Positions 22,101-34,777 of a stretch of DNA of 35,516 bases are shown here, one piece after another (the stretch's first letter is position 1; every line of letters starts with the position of its first letter). This stretch comes from Octopus bimaculoides. Lineage: Eukaryota. The translations under genes and the position numbers were made by a program. A model generated the notes under the pieces. It had not been told where the DNA came from and searched no databases. It saw nothing but the letters and a program-made list of their open reading frames with translations. Location: assembly GCF_001194135.2 (NCBI RefSeq), contig NC_068983.1:142595052-142630567 (forward strand). Direction: 5' to 3'.

Positions 22101-23098
22101 NNNNNNNNNNNNNNNNNNNNNNNNNNNNNNNNNNNNNNNNNNNNNNNNNNNNNNNNNNNNNNNNNNNNNNNNNNNNNNNNNNNNNNNNNNNNNNNNNNNN
22201 NNNNNNNNNNNNNNNNNNNNNNNNNNNNNNNNNNNNNNNNNNNNNNNNNNNNNNNNNNNNNNNNNNNNNNNNNNNNNNNNNNNNNNNNNNNNNNNNNNNN
22301 NNNNNNNNNNNNNNNNNNNNNNNNNNNNNNNNNNNNNNNNNNNNNNNNNNNNNNNNNNNNNNNNNNNNNNNNNNNNNNNNNNNNNNNNNNNNNNNNNNNN
22401 NNNNNNNNNNNNNNNNNNNNNNNNNNNNNNNNNNNNNNNNNNNNNNNNNNNNNNNNNNNNNNNNNNNNNNNNNNNNNNNNNNNNNNNNNNNNNNNNNNNN
22501 NNNNNNNNNNNNNNNNNNNNNNNNNNNNNNNNNNNNNNNNNNNNNNNNNNNNNNNNNNNNNNNNNNNNNNNNNNNNNNNNNNNNNNNNNNNNNNNNNNNN
22601 NNNNNNNNNNNNNNNNNNNNNNNNNNNNNNNNNNNNNNNNNNNNNNNNNNNNNNNNNNNNNNNNNNNNNNNNNNNNNNNNNNNNNNNNNNNNNNNNNNNN
22701 NNNNNNNNNNNNNNNNNNNNNNNNNNNNNNNNNNNNNNNNNNNNNNNNNNNNNNNNNNNNNNNNNNNNNNNNNNNNNNNNNNNNNNNNNNNNNNNNNNNN
22801 NNNNNNNNNNNNNNNNNNNNNNNNNNNNNNNNNNNNNNNNNNNNNNNNNNNNNNNNNNNNNNNNNNNNNNNNNNNNNNNNNNNNNNNNNNNNNNNNNNNN
22901 NNNNNNNNNNNNNNNNNNNNNNNNNNNNNNNNNNNNNNNNNNNNNNNNNNNNNNNNNNNNNNNNNNNNNNNNNNNNNNNNNNNNNNNNNNNNNNNNNNNN
23001 NNNNNNNNNNNNNNNNNNNNNNNNNNNNNNNNNNNNNNNNNNNNNNNNNNNNNNNNNNNNNNNNNNNNNNNNNNNNNNNNNNNNNNNNNNNNNNNNNN
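22101..23098. other. Assembly gap (largest of nine: 8919-9288, 16745-16890, 17668-18120, 22101-23098, 23653-24260, 26990-27089, 27698-27877, 30793-31296, 32055-32090)
   Basis: N runs, mostly flanked by microsatellites or tandem SINE units. Confidence 0.99.
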
Positions 23099-23165
23099 TA
23101 TATATATGTATGTATGTATATATACATATATATATAAATATATGTATACACCACGTATATATACA

Positions 23166-23218
<53 letters not shown>

Positions 23219-23369
23219 ACGAAAGTGGCTAGATGCAATATAAAACAAACACCAAAAAGGAAAATTTCAATTGTCACTAATTCTGACTGAGGGTGTAAGG
23301 TAGCACCTATATTGCTAGAAACAAGAGTCAAAGACCTTTATAGCCACAAAAAGCACATTGTCTGTGTAC

Positions 23370-23621
23370 TGTTTCAGTCATTTGATTGTGGCCATCCTGG
23401 AGCACCGCCTTCATTCGAACAAATCGACCCCAGGACTTATTCTTTGTAAGCCTAGTATTTATTCTATCGGTATCTTTTGCCGAACTGCTAAGTTACGGGG
23501 ACGTAAACACATCAACATCGGTTGTCAAGCGATGGTGGGAGGATAAACACAGACACACATTTATACATGCACTCACACATTCACACACACACACACACAC
23601 ACTCACACACGCACAGATATG

Positions 23622-23652
<31 letters not shown>
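23370..23652 (-). mobile_element. SINE family A, 3' half running into a gap
   Basis: tttcagtcatttgattgtggccatcctggagcaccgcc...gccgaactgctaagttacggggacgtaaacacatc. Confidence 0.9.
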
Positions 23653-25289
23653 NNNNNNNNNNNNNNNNNNNNNNNNNNNNNNNNNNNNNNNNNNNNNNNN
23701 NNNNNNNNNNNNNNNNNNNNNNNNNNNNNNNNNNNNNNNNNNNNNNNNNNNNNNNNNNNNNNNNNNNNNNNNNNNNNNNNNNNNNNNNNNNNNNNNNNNN
23801 NNNNNNNNNNNNNNNNNNNNNNNNNNNNNNNNNNNNNNNNNNNNNNNNNNNNNNNNNNNNNNNNNNNNNNNNNNNNNNNNNNNNNNNNNNNNNNNNNNNN
23901 NNNNNNNNNNNNNNNNNNNNNNNNNNNNNNNNNNNNNNNNNNNNNNNNNNNNNNNNNNNNNNNNNNNNNNNNNNNNNNNNNNNNNNNNNNNNNNNNNNNN
24001 NNNNNNNNNNNNNNNNNNNNNNNNNNNNNNNNNNNNNNNNNNNNNNNNNNNNNNNNNNNNNNNNNNNNNNNNNNNNNNNNNNNNNNNNNNNNNNNNNNNN
24101 NNNNNNNNNNNNNNNNNNNNNNNNNNNNNNNNNNNNNNNNNNNNNNNNNNNNNNNNNNNNNNNNNNNNNNNNNNNNNNNNNNNNNNNNNNNNNNNNNNNN
24201 NNNNNNNNNNNNNNNNNNNNNNNNNNNNNNNNNNNNNNNNNNNNNNNNNNNNNNNNNNNNNATATATATATATATACGCAGGAGAGGAAAAGAAAGAAAC
24301 AAGCAGATAATAATTATGCTACAGTTCGCTATGGAACTTTAAAGAAATGCGGTTACATTTTTATTCTTTTGAAACACAGTAAAATGAAAACAGATTCTCC
24401 TGACGTTTATGGTTAGTTGACTACTAATCAGAATACAAACACCCATCATTCTTTTACCCACGAACAGAATTTATAGCAATTCGCTAATTAAATCAAACAC
24501 AAGCTAGGTCGTTGCTGTAATGGCTAGTCTAATTTGCATTCCGTGCAATTGTCGACGGTGTATTTAAGTAATTAATAAGCATTTATAAAGAACACACCGA
24601 GTACTAGAAAACCTAAAATATATTTTAAATGGTTAAACAACGCTTTTTAATCTTTCGCTACAGATATTTAAGTAGATGTGCCTATATTATGTTATTGTTT
24701 TCTATAGAGAAAAATAAAGGTGGCAGTCATGACATGTCTCACGGATTGTTGACTGCTCATTAGAAAGCAAGTGCAAGTTTCATTTTTCTGTCAATGAAGT
24801 GAACTTGCTGCAAATCGCTTTTTTTTTTCTAAATCAGGCTTAATGGATTGACTAATTAATAAAAAATATACGGAAACAGCAAAATTAACCAAAACATCCT
24901 ATTCAGTCATTGGCAATGCGTAAAGTAACTTGCTTTACAGAAAGAACTCTGTTCGCAAAACTTGGCAGTAAAACCATTTAAAGCCCAACTTACGCAATGA
25001 GTATGATAAAATTAATACTGAAATGAAATTTCTCATGATAACAACAAATATTCCATGTGTAAAGGATTTAGAATGAACTCGATGAACAACTTAAGAACTT
25101 TATCTAGTTCAGAGTATTGATATATCAAATATCTCTAGAATAAGAGCTTGATAATACATATTAAAATATATAAAGACCGACGTTAAAGTATTGAACTCAT
25201 CATGTATGCTTCTGGAAAGAATAAATTGTAGTTACTCTCGTTTTTACCTGCAAACTGATGCCTCTTTATACGTATGTATATGTATCCGT

Positions 25290-25500
25290 TATCTTTTATC
25301 TTTTATTTGCTTCTGTCACTAATCTGCGACCATGCTGGGGCACAGTTTTGAACGGTTTCGTCGAACAAATCGACTTAGCACTTATTTTTAAAGTGTGGTA
25401 CTTATTGTATCGGTCTTTTTTGCTAAGCAGTGGTTGTCAAGTAATAGGAGGAGACAGGTACAAACACATAGACACACGCACATGTACACACATACATACA
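25290..25500 (-). mobile_element. SINE family A, diverged 3' half
   Basis: gaccatgctggggcacag...gtcgaacaaatcgac...ggttgtcaag...ggagacaggtacaaacac. Confidence 0.75.
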
Positions 25501-26114
25501 TGTGTGTGTGTGTGTACATGCGTGTATGTGTATTAATATATGGAGCATTGTGGCAACTGCTACTTCGTTCATCAATAGAGAAAGAGAAGTACTTTTTGCT
25601 TATCGGAAAAATTCTAATTTTTGTCCCAACCGGCCAGATCTTGAATGAGAAATCCATTCTTATAAAATTCTCTTCTACCCTAGACAGAGTAATTATCATT
25701 TTCTTAAGACATTAGACTGCAACTGCATCCTTTTTTAGTCTCCTCTTTTCATAGAAGTGACCTTCCATCTTACTACCTCTCATAAAACAAGTGCTCCTCC
25801 CTGGATATGTTGTAAACATATCTTCACTTAATCACCACTGACCAATGAAAATCGATCTAATCGATGTTCCTGTTAAAGTACATTTAATGTATCCCACTAT
25901 TTTGTTTTTCTTAGCAGAAAGATCACATGTAGCGTTTACGTATTCTTACAAATACTCCAGCAGATGTATTTATCATGGTTCCATTTATTTGTACTTTCAG
26001 ATTTGGTGTATTTTGTGACGTTGATAATGTCGTTGATGTGTGTGCGCATATATAAATATATATGGTATGAATTCATATTATAAGAGAAAGGGGATCGTTG
26101 ATATATGTGTGTGT

Positions 26115-26498
26115 GTGTTGGCACTCCGTCGCTTACGACGTCGCGGGTTCCAGTTGATCCGATCAACGGAACAGCCTGCTCGTGAAATTAACGTGCAAGT
26201 GGCTGAGCACTCCACAGACACGTGTACCCTTAACGTAGTTCTCGGGGATATTCAGCGTGACACAGAGTGTGACAAGGCTGACCCTTTGAATTACAGGCAC
26301 AACAGAAACAGGAAGTAAGAGTGAGAGAAAGTTGTGGTGGAAGAGTACAGCAGGGTTCACCACCATCCCCTGCCGGAGCCTCGTGGAGCTTTAGGTGTTT
26401 TCGGTCAATAAACACTCACATCGCCCGGTCTGGGAATCGAAACCGTGATCCTATGACCGCGAGTCCACTGCCCTAACCACTGGGCCATTACGCCTCCA
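26115..26498 (-). mobile_element. tRNA-derived SINE family D, full-length and young-looking, with intact Pol III boxes
   Basis: Minus head tggaggcgtaaTGGCCCAGTGGttagggcag...GGTTTCGATTCCC (A box 26477-26487, B box 26432-26444). CpG-rich body, ending in a (CA)n tail. Confidence 0.88.
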
Positions 26499-26510
26499 TA
26501 TATATATATA

Positions 26511-26544
<34 letters not shown>

Positions 26545-27877
26545 GCAAGAAGAAAATCAAGGGGATCCAGAGGTAGTATGCATCAACTGTTAGACATTAT
26601 ATTATGTCTATTTATTCATTTTAAACAATTATATATACACACAGAGATTCAGCAACTTGTTGACCGAAAAATAACGGAAACTAATACAGTATCTTGGTCA
26701 CTACCTGGAGATTTACTATCTTTAGTACTAACTGCTATCATAGCTATTAATATAAACTTTCGCTCCCGTAATGTGAACCATAATCTCAAGCCCTCAGCTG
26801 TATGTTTATATGAATGTGTATATTTATATGCAAGGAAAATACGAAACGAACCACTGCATGTATACACTCTTCTTAATGCATAAAATATGTGTGTGTCTAT
26901 GTGTATGTAAACCATCCTTTATATCAACAATATATACTAATGTAATGACAGTTTGTGTATAAAGCTTGAAACACGTGTACTGCGATATCNNNNNNNNNNN
27001 NNNNNNNNNNNNNNNNNNNNNNNNNNNNNNNNNNNNNNNNNNNNNNNNNNNNNNNNNNNNNNNNNNNNNNNNNNNNNNNNNNNNNNNNNCACATATATAC
27101 ATACATATATATATACACACATACACATATATACATATATATGTTAGTGTGTGTGTGTGTGTGTGTGTGTGTCTCTCTCCCTCTGTATGTATGGATGGAT
27201 GGATGGACGGATGGATGCATATGTGATATGAATTCAAAATATGAGAAGAAGGGAAGGAGGTACAGGAAAATGGAAATGGAGTCAGAAGGAGATGTGGTGA
27301 AGTGTGAACAGGTGTTAGGGCGTGAATGCATATTTGAGTTTATGCAAAAAGAGAAGCGGGATAAAACGAGAAGCTTGAACGTGCATGTGTACTTGAATAC
27401 GTGAGTAGAGTGGCGAGGGTGGAATGTAGTAATATGGTTTTCCTATATGCGTCTGTATGTTGAATGCGATGGAACTGGTGAAGTTGATCGGAAACGGGTG
27501 GATGTGAGAATAATTATCTAACGTCAAGTTACTACATTCACACATGAATAAACAAACACAGGTCGATACAGGTACTTACACATAAGCACGCAAATATATA
27601 TATATACGTTCACATGTACATATATAGCTATACATACACGCACACACATGTACACATACACATATAAATACATATACACAAATATATATATATATATNNN
27701 NNNNNNNNNNNNNNNNNNNNNNNNNNNNNNNNNNNNNNNNNNNNNNNNNNNNNNNNNNNNNNNNNNNNNNNNNNNNNNNNNNNNNNNNNNNNNNNNNNNN
27801 NNNNNNNNNNNNNNNNNNNNNNNNNNNNNNNNNNNNNNNNNNNNNNNNNNNNNNNNNNNNNNNNNNNNNNNNNNNNN

Positions 27878-28290
27878 TATATTCTTTTATTCTTTTACTT
27901 GTTTCAGTCATTTGACTGAAACCATGCTGGAGTACCGCCTTGAAGGGTTTTAGTCGAAGAAATCGACCCCAGGACTTTTTCTTTGTAAGCCAAGTACTTA
28001 TTCTGTCGGTCTCTTTTGCCGAACCGCTAAGTTACGGGGAGGTAAACACACCAATATTGGTTGTCAAGCGATGATGGTTGGGGGACAAACATAAACAGAA
28101 AGACACACACATAAATTTATACATATATACATACGACTGGCTTCTTTCGGTTTCTGTCTACCAAATCCACTCACAAGGCTTTGGTCTGCCCGAGGCTATA
28201 GTAGAAGACACTTGCCCAAGGTGCCACGCAGTGGAATTGAATCTGGAATCATGTGGTTGGGAAAAAAGCTTCTTACCAAACAGCCATGCC
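27878..28290 (-). mobile_element. SINE family A, full-length
   Basis: Runs from the tail (tattctttt)n through gaggctatagtagaagacacttgcccaaggtgccacgcagtgg to the head aagcttcttaccaaacagccatg. Confidence 0.93.
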
Positions 28291-28559
28291 TATATATATA
28301 TATATAAATCCGCTTGGAATTAATTACTAGCCTCTATGGTCTGGCTAAGTCAAAATGGTTTTTTGTTTTCTTCTTTCCCACTTGGAGTGTTTAAATGTAG
28401 TTACAATAATATGTCCTTCTACTGAAATGAAATTTCAGTGAATTTTCTGTACCTCCATTAAAGGCAAAGAAAAGGGCCGTGTTGAACCAGGCGGCCAAAA
28501 CAATCTTCAACTTGTATAGGTCACAACGCAAAAAGCTGGAGTCAATACTGCAACCACCG

Positions 28560-28720
28560 AACTTGCCGTTCTGTCAATCCACCTCCCTGGGTTATTAATC
28601 TGATAGGATGAAAAGTTGATCTCAACAGTATTTGAACTCAGAGTACTTGTGAGTCCGAAACAAATACAGCCAGACATTATATCCGACACTCTAACAACTC
28701 TTCCAATGCACCGCCTAAAA
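28560..28720 (-). mobile_element. SINE family B, diverged partial
   Basis: ggatgaaaagttgatctcaacagtatttgaactcagagtac...ccgacactctaac. Confidence 0.6.
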
Positions 28721-29207
28721 TTGACTACAAATAAACACACAGCATAATCTAAAGTCTGGTGTGTAAGGTTTGACTCAGTCCAAGATACCCCAAGTGATGA
28801 AAGATGGAGTATTAGAGTTTTACATGTGATTTGTTAGTATCCTGTCAGATCTACATGTGTTGGTGTTGGATAAAGCGAAGTTTGAATTCTATGAACGTTA
28901 GGTTAATGGACTACGTTTGAAGAGTGAGTGATGAGATTCACAGAATATAGTACGTTTTGTAAAGGCATTTGTTGTTGAAATAGCAGTTTACCAAATTTCT
29001 ACAGTGGCAGAATCTAATGTTGAGACTTGTACGGTGTGGGCCCATTTTTGCTGTGATTGCTATTGGATAGATTCATGTGTCTCGCTACCACATCAATCGC
29101 TCCTAAATGTTTATGCTTTCTAACAATATCTTTCTCAATAGAGAACTCTGGAAATGTTTTCCCAACATCGGTAAAAGGATTTTGTTGTCTGTTTTTGTTT
29201 TTATACA

Positions 29208-29540
29208 TATGGCTCAGTAGTTAAAGCATCGCGCTCACAATCATAAGGTAGTAAGTTCAAATTCTTGGACCAGGTTGTGTTGCGTTCTTGAGCAAGACAC
29301 TTTATTTCACGTTACTCCAGTTCACTCATCTGTAGAAACGACATCACTGGTGTTAAGCTGTATCGGCCTTTGCCTTTCTCTTGGGTAACATCAGTAGCAC
29401 GGATAGGGGAGGCTGTTATGTATGAGTGACTGCTGGTCTTCCATAAACAACATTGTCCCATTGTCTGGACTTGTGCCTCGGAGGGGAAATTTCTAGGCGC
29501 AATCCCATGGTCATTCATGACCGAAGGGGTTCTTTACTAT
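29208..29540 (+). mobile_element. tRNA-derived SINE family C, near full-length
   Basis: A box tggctcagtag, B-box-like agttcaaattc, then ttcttgagcaagacactttatttcacgttactccagttcactc...cccatggtcattcatgaccgaagggg. Confidence 0.85.
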
Positions 29541-30420
29541 TTTTTATATATAAATATATTCATTTCGTACTCCTTATGCATTATAATCTTTTTATACTCA
29601 ACCTCATGTGAAAAAAATACTGTTCATTTCAAGGCTTCACCAGAATCTATCTCTTTTTACAGTAGCTGAAGAAGCGAGCAGTCGCACAAAAATCTAAATG
29701 TTCCGGAATGCTACTGTTAGATGATATACGTATATTTCCTTCATATGAGTAAATTCGAGATTCATTCGCTCTTTTTATTTATTTCACGTAGACATTGGTC
29801 ATAGTCCCAGTGAATTTCTAATTAGTTGTAAAGTATTCTCAGTGAATAATACTTCGATTAAACGAATTAAGAAATGCCTTTTGAGTCTCATATGTGTCTA
29901 CTTACCACACATGTATATATTTACATGAATTTCTATATCTATGTGTGTGTACGTGTTTATATATTAATTATTTGTGTATGTGCATAAGACGGAGAAACGG
30001 AGAGAGTTGAGTAGATTATAAACTTGTTTGGTTTAATCGTTTTTTCCCCAACGGCATTCATGAAATAGAAACCAGAAAAACGTTATAACTAAAAAGAAAA
30101 GACAAGACGCTAAATCTGCACAGTGCCTTGCTTCTGAGGTGTGGTGGAGAGCTTGTGACGTCAACGTCCAGTTAAGTGATACACATCTGTTAAGAATATG
30201 GAGATAGAACACCAGCAGAATATGAGATACATCATTAAACAACTAGAACAAAAATTAAATCTAAATATAGATTTATAAAAATGTGTGTGAATACACGCAC
30301 ACGCACATACTCATTCATATATGTGTTTGAGTGTATATACGCGCGTATGTGTGCGTAATGTCTGGTGATAATACACTGACGTGAAACGGCAATTCAGCAA
30401 AAGTTCTGAATATTATTAGG

Positions 30421-30792
30421 TAGGAAGGCGTCGAGCTGGCAGAAACGTTCGAACGCCGGACGAAATGCTTAGCGGTATTTCGTCTGCCGTTACGTTCTGA
30501 GTTCAAATTCCGCCGAGTTCACTTTGCCTTTCATCCTTTCGGATAAAGTACCAGTTACGCACTGGGGTTGATGTAATCGACTTAATCCCTTTGTCTGTCC
30601 TTGTTTGTCCCCTCTATGTTTAGCCCCTTGTGGGCAATAAAGAAATAGGTATTTCGTCTGTCTTTATGTTCTGAGTTCAAATTCCGCCGAGGTCGACTTT
30701 GCCTTTCATCCTTTCGGGGTCGATAAATTAAGTACCAGTTACGCACTGGGGTCGATGTAATCGACTTAATCCCTTTGTCTGTCCTTGTTTGT
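30421..30792 (+). mobile_element. SINE family B with its body tandemly repeated (174-bp unit), running into gap 30793-31296
   Basis: Head gagctggcagaaacg...cgaaatgcttagc. Units start with ggtatttcgtctg at 30474 and 30648 and are near-identical. Confidence 0.92.
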
Positions 30793-31380
30793 NNNNNNNN
30801 NNNNNNNNNNNNNNNNNNNNNNNNNNNNNNNNNNNNNNNNNNNNNNNNNNNNNNNNNNNNNNNNNNNNNNNNNNNNNNNNNNNNNNNNNNNNNNNNNNNN
30901 NNNNNNNNNNNNNNNNNNNNNNNNNNNNNNNNNNNNNNNNNNNNNNNNNNNNNNNNNNNNNNNNNNNNNNNNNNNNNNNNNNNNNNNNNNNNNNNNNNNN
31001 NNNNNNNNNNNNNNNNNNNNNNNNNNNNNNNNNNNNNNNNNNNNNNNNNNNNNNNNNNNNNNNNNNNNNNNNNNNNNNNNNNNNNNNNNNNNNNNNNNNN
31101 NNNNNNNNNNNNNNNNNNNNNNNNNNNNNNNNNNNNNNNNNNNNNNNNNNNNNNNNNNNNNNNNNNNNNNNNNNNNNNNNNNNNNNNNNNNNNNNNNNNN
31201 NNNNNNNNNNNNNNNNNNNNNNNNNNNNNNNNNNNNNNNNNNNNNNNNNNNNNNNNNNNNNNNNNNNNNNNNNNNNNNNNNNNNNNNNNNNNNNNNAATT
31301 GACTTACCCACTCCCCCGAAATAGCTAATTTGTGCCAAAATTTGAATCCAATACTATTAGGTATTGTAGAATTATCAATA

Positions 31381-31807
31381 CGCGGGCGTGGTTGTGCAGC
31401 AAGAAGCTTGCTTGCCGATCACGTGATTTGGGGTTCGGTCCTACTGCGTGACACTTTGGGCAAGTGTCTTCTACTATAGCCTCGGGCCGACCAAAGCCTC
31501 GTGAGTGGATTTGGTAGGCAGAAATTGGAAGAATCCCGTCGCGCGCGTGCGCGTGTGCGTAGTGTGTGTGTGTGCGTGCGCGTGCAAGAGTGTGTGTGTG
31601 TGTGTGTGAACATCGTTTGATAACCGGTGCTGATGTGTTCACGTCCGCGTAACTTGGCGGTTCAGCAAAAGAATTCGATAGAATATTACCGAGCTTTAAA
31701 GAAGTCCTGGAGTCGATACATCCGGCTAAAGATTCTTCACGGTAGTGCCCCAGCATGGCCTCAATCTAATTACTGAAGCAAGTAAAAGATAAAAAGATAA
31801 AAGATAA
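31381..31807 (+). mobile_element. SINE family A, full-length
   Basis: gcgtggttgtgcagcaagaagcttgc...gggcaagtgtcttctactatagcctcgggccgaccaaagcc...(aaaagat)n tail. Confidence 0.9.
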
Positions 31808-32224
31808 TACTAAATCCGAGTGAATTGCTAATCGAAGCTTCTCACTCCCGATCTTCTGGCGTCAAATGAATCAAAACGAGTAACTCTAAAAAGCGGCTTT
31901 CTCACAGCTTTGAATAAATAGGATACCAGCCTTTTCAGAATCTCGGGAGGTAGACCAAATGTTTTATTGTCATTTTACAAATGATTATGATTCGTTAACT
32001 TCTACAATCATCGACAGTTTGGGAGGGAGGGTGGGTGAGAAAATCTGATGAATTNNNNNNNNNNNNNNNNNNNNNNNNNNNNNNNNNNNNATGAATTGCT
32101 AGGTAATAATAAAACTGGTAGATTCTGTTTCAGCTCAAAACTACGTATCCTAAATGTCCATGTAGTTTCCAAATAATTTTTTAACTCCTTGGCTATACTT
32201 ACCTCTGTGGGTGGGTGGGGAGGT

Positions 32225-32705
32225 GGGGTTAATACGTTTGCTTCGCAGTCGTATAATTCCGAGTTCGATTCCACTGCACAGCACCTAGGAAATGTGTTTC
32301 ATCTCATCTAGACTCAGATTGAGTAGTAGCTTGTAAATTGAATTTGCTCGATAAAACTGTCCAGAAGCCCATCGTATGTACGCATGTATGTATATATGTA
32401 TAAAAAGGGAGGGATTTGATTAATTAGAACTTCACTGCTATTTCTAGCATTCCATTGATCTAGCCTCCTACCACATTCATCCTTAACTTGCAGCAAAATA
32501 AGGACATGTGGCACCGAGATGGGATTCAAACTCAGCAAGCAAAGAGCTGAAACAAATACCGCAGTCTTTCATTTCCACCAGCCCACCACTCCTACGATGA
32601 AAGGGTAAACGACTTCAGCAGGATTTGATCTGAGACCGCAAAAAGTCTGGACAAATACTGCGTGACGTTCAATCAGACGCTCTAACGACTCTGCCAGTTC
32701 TCCGC
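32225..32705 (-). mobile_element. Diverged SINE A head (32225-32385) and SINE B fragment (32500-32705)
   Basis: Minus strand gtgcagtggaatcgaactcggaa, and gaagtcgtttaccctttcatc...gagcgtctgattgaacg (in SINE orientation). Confidence 0.6.
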
Positions 32706-32814
32706 TTTATCGACCAAATGGCTGAAGAGAAGTACCGCATGAGTGCGTTATATGTGTGTGTTTGTGTGTGTATGTATAAGTGTGTATGCGTTCATGCGCT
32801 TAAATTATAGATAG

Positions 32815-34420
32815 AGCGGGGTGCCCATATACGAACGGTTTTCTAAACTAACAAATTGATCAACGGATGGTTTTTAAGGAAAAAATTGAATTCGCACAAC
32901 GAGCTGAAATTTGATTACCTGACTATGATCTGATTTCGCACGCGTGTAACTGACTGGGGGCCCATTCGCCGAACAACTTGAAGTTTGAACAACAAACTAC
33001 AAGTAGAAAATGCACGTTTATAAGTACTAGGAAAGTAGGAACAGTACTATAAATGAACAAATTGTTTAGTAAACAGGTCTTCTCAAGAAAACTATATTGA
33101 GCCAACAAGCTAGAATTTAAACAACAAACCGCTAACAGACTGCATGCATAGAAGTGACTGGGAGGCCCCTGTACGAACAGTTTCCAAACGTGTGCATCTT
33201 GCAAATTTCATGTAGCTTGCAAATTTTCGTACTTTATATAGAAAAATAATATTTCTTATATTTTTGGCGAAAAACATAACCATGGATTGACCGGAGCGAG
33301 TGAGAAAATCGATTACCATAGAAACGAAGAAGGAAATAATGTGCAAACATGAATGGAACAAGTGTTAACAACCTTAGTTTGGAATACAGAATGACAAAAT
33401 CAACACCTGCACCACATTGAATGCAAGTTAAAAAATATTCAGGTAGCTATGGGAATAATCGAACTCAATAAATCACGTAACAATTTTATTGAATAGATGG
33501 AAAATTTACTTTCGATGGGGAATTAAAGAAAAGAATAGATCTTTTCTGAAAAAGCCAAATAGTCTTTTGATAATCTTAGAACAAATTCTCCCAGAAGTGA
33601 TTCTACAGTACTGGATCTTCTTGTTTCAAAGTGTTGTTTTACCAGAATCTGATAAAGAAATGGATTTCATAGTGTTGTGAGCCATGGTGAATCTGCTTAT
33701 AAGTACTAAAAGGCAGTTTGTGTGTACATTATTGATAAGAATGGCTTCATTTCGCAGCATTTGTTCAACTGTGTCGGTACGGAACTTTTGAAGGAAAAGA
33801 CATCTCATAGAACATATATCACAAAGGAGAAGAGTTCAGTGTCCGACAAGAAACCGATGAAAAACCTGCTTACCTTACTTCTTCGTGCGTATGCATCCTG
33901 GAACTCCAAAGCATTCACAAACATTCTTAAGAATCGCTTTGCTGTCTTGTGGCGACCGAACCACAAAGCTTGGGTAACCAGAGATCTTTTCACCGAGTGA
34001 AGTGTTTTATCTCAAGGTGTTTTATGTCTGAAATGTTTTATCTCAAGGACAATAATGTTCCCACAAAACACTTTTAGTCATGGATAATGTTCTTGCCTCC
34101 TTATTTGATGAACCACTTACCAGGACAGTTTAGATTTGTAAAATTACACACTCTGCCACCCAACACCACTTCCCTTCTCCAGTCCATGGACCAGCTGGTC
34201 ATTTCTAAATTTTTAAAAACTGTAAACGAAAGCTCTCTTTAGAAAATATTCTGAGGTCACTTCTTCCAGTGATGTGATACTAGAAGACTTTTGGAAAAAT
34301 CGGTTCAATATTGCTGATGAAGTTCTAATGATTGTGCCAGCTTGGAACTGCATTGTTCACGTGCTACTTGAAGGCTATTGTGGATTCAAGCTGTGCCTCC
34401 AAGAGATTTGAAGACTTTTG
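32815..34420 (+). pseudogene. Tigger/pogo (TIGD-like) transposon fossil covering most of the transposase
   Basis: KSITIETKKEIMCKHE (33299+); TYITKEKSSVSDKKPMKNLLTLLLRAYAS; AVLWRPNHKAWVTRDLFTE (ORF 33722-34000); MDN; LPPNTTSLLQSMDQLVISKF; EDFWKNRFNI..AW. Many frameshifts. Possible 5' terminal region near 32815-32860. Confidence 0.9.
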
Positions 34421-34504
34421 GAAGAGTAGAGGAATATCCTTCTGTGTAATGCAATGGATATTGGGAGTTGGTGGCGGAGCTATCCTTGTGTCAAAATTTT
34501 AAGG

Positions 34505-34712
34505 CCGTTAAGAACCGTAATCACGCCGGGCAAAATGCTTAGCGGCATATCGTTCATCTTTGCGTTCCAAGTTGAAATACTGCCAAACACTTTGCTTTTC
34601 GTACTTTCGGGGTTGATAAATTAAGTACCAGTTGAGAACTTCGGTCGATGTAATCGATTTATCCCATCCCTCAGAATTGCTGGCCTTGTGACAAAAACTT
34701 AAAGCCGATATA
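34505..34712 (+). mobile_element. SINE family B, diverged
   Basis: cacgccgggcaaaatgcttagcggcat...tttcggggttgataaattaagtaccag...gtcgatgtaatcga. Confidence 0.85.
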
Positions 34713-34777
34713 TTTAAGACAGTTAGCATCATATTTTTTTTATTAGAAAATATTTTGCGATGAAGAAAAGACATTAA

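Noticed and set aside
25700-25800. Minus-frame HFYEKRRLKKDAV resembling a THAP-domain C-terminus
   Set aside because: The Cys/Trp zinc-ligand pattern is not found upstream, and the match is too short to support.
26420-26498. Possible tRNA gene (also 10009-10080, 29208-29275)
   Set aside because: These are tRNA-derived SINE heads that continue into SINE bodies and lack a proper acceptor stem.
28750-29200. Minus-strand ...DIVRKHKHLG... suggesting a LINE reverse transcriptase end
   Set aside because: Single weak motif with no other RT signature.
32045-32100. 36-N gap flanked by ...gatgaatt|N|atgaattg
   Set aside because: The flanks overlap by 7 nt, probably a scaffolding artefact rather than a target-site duplication.
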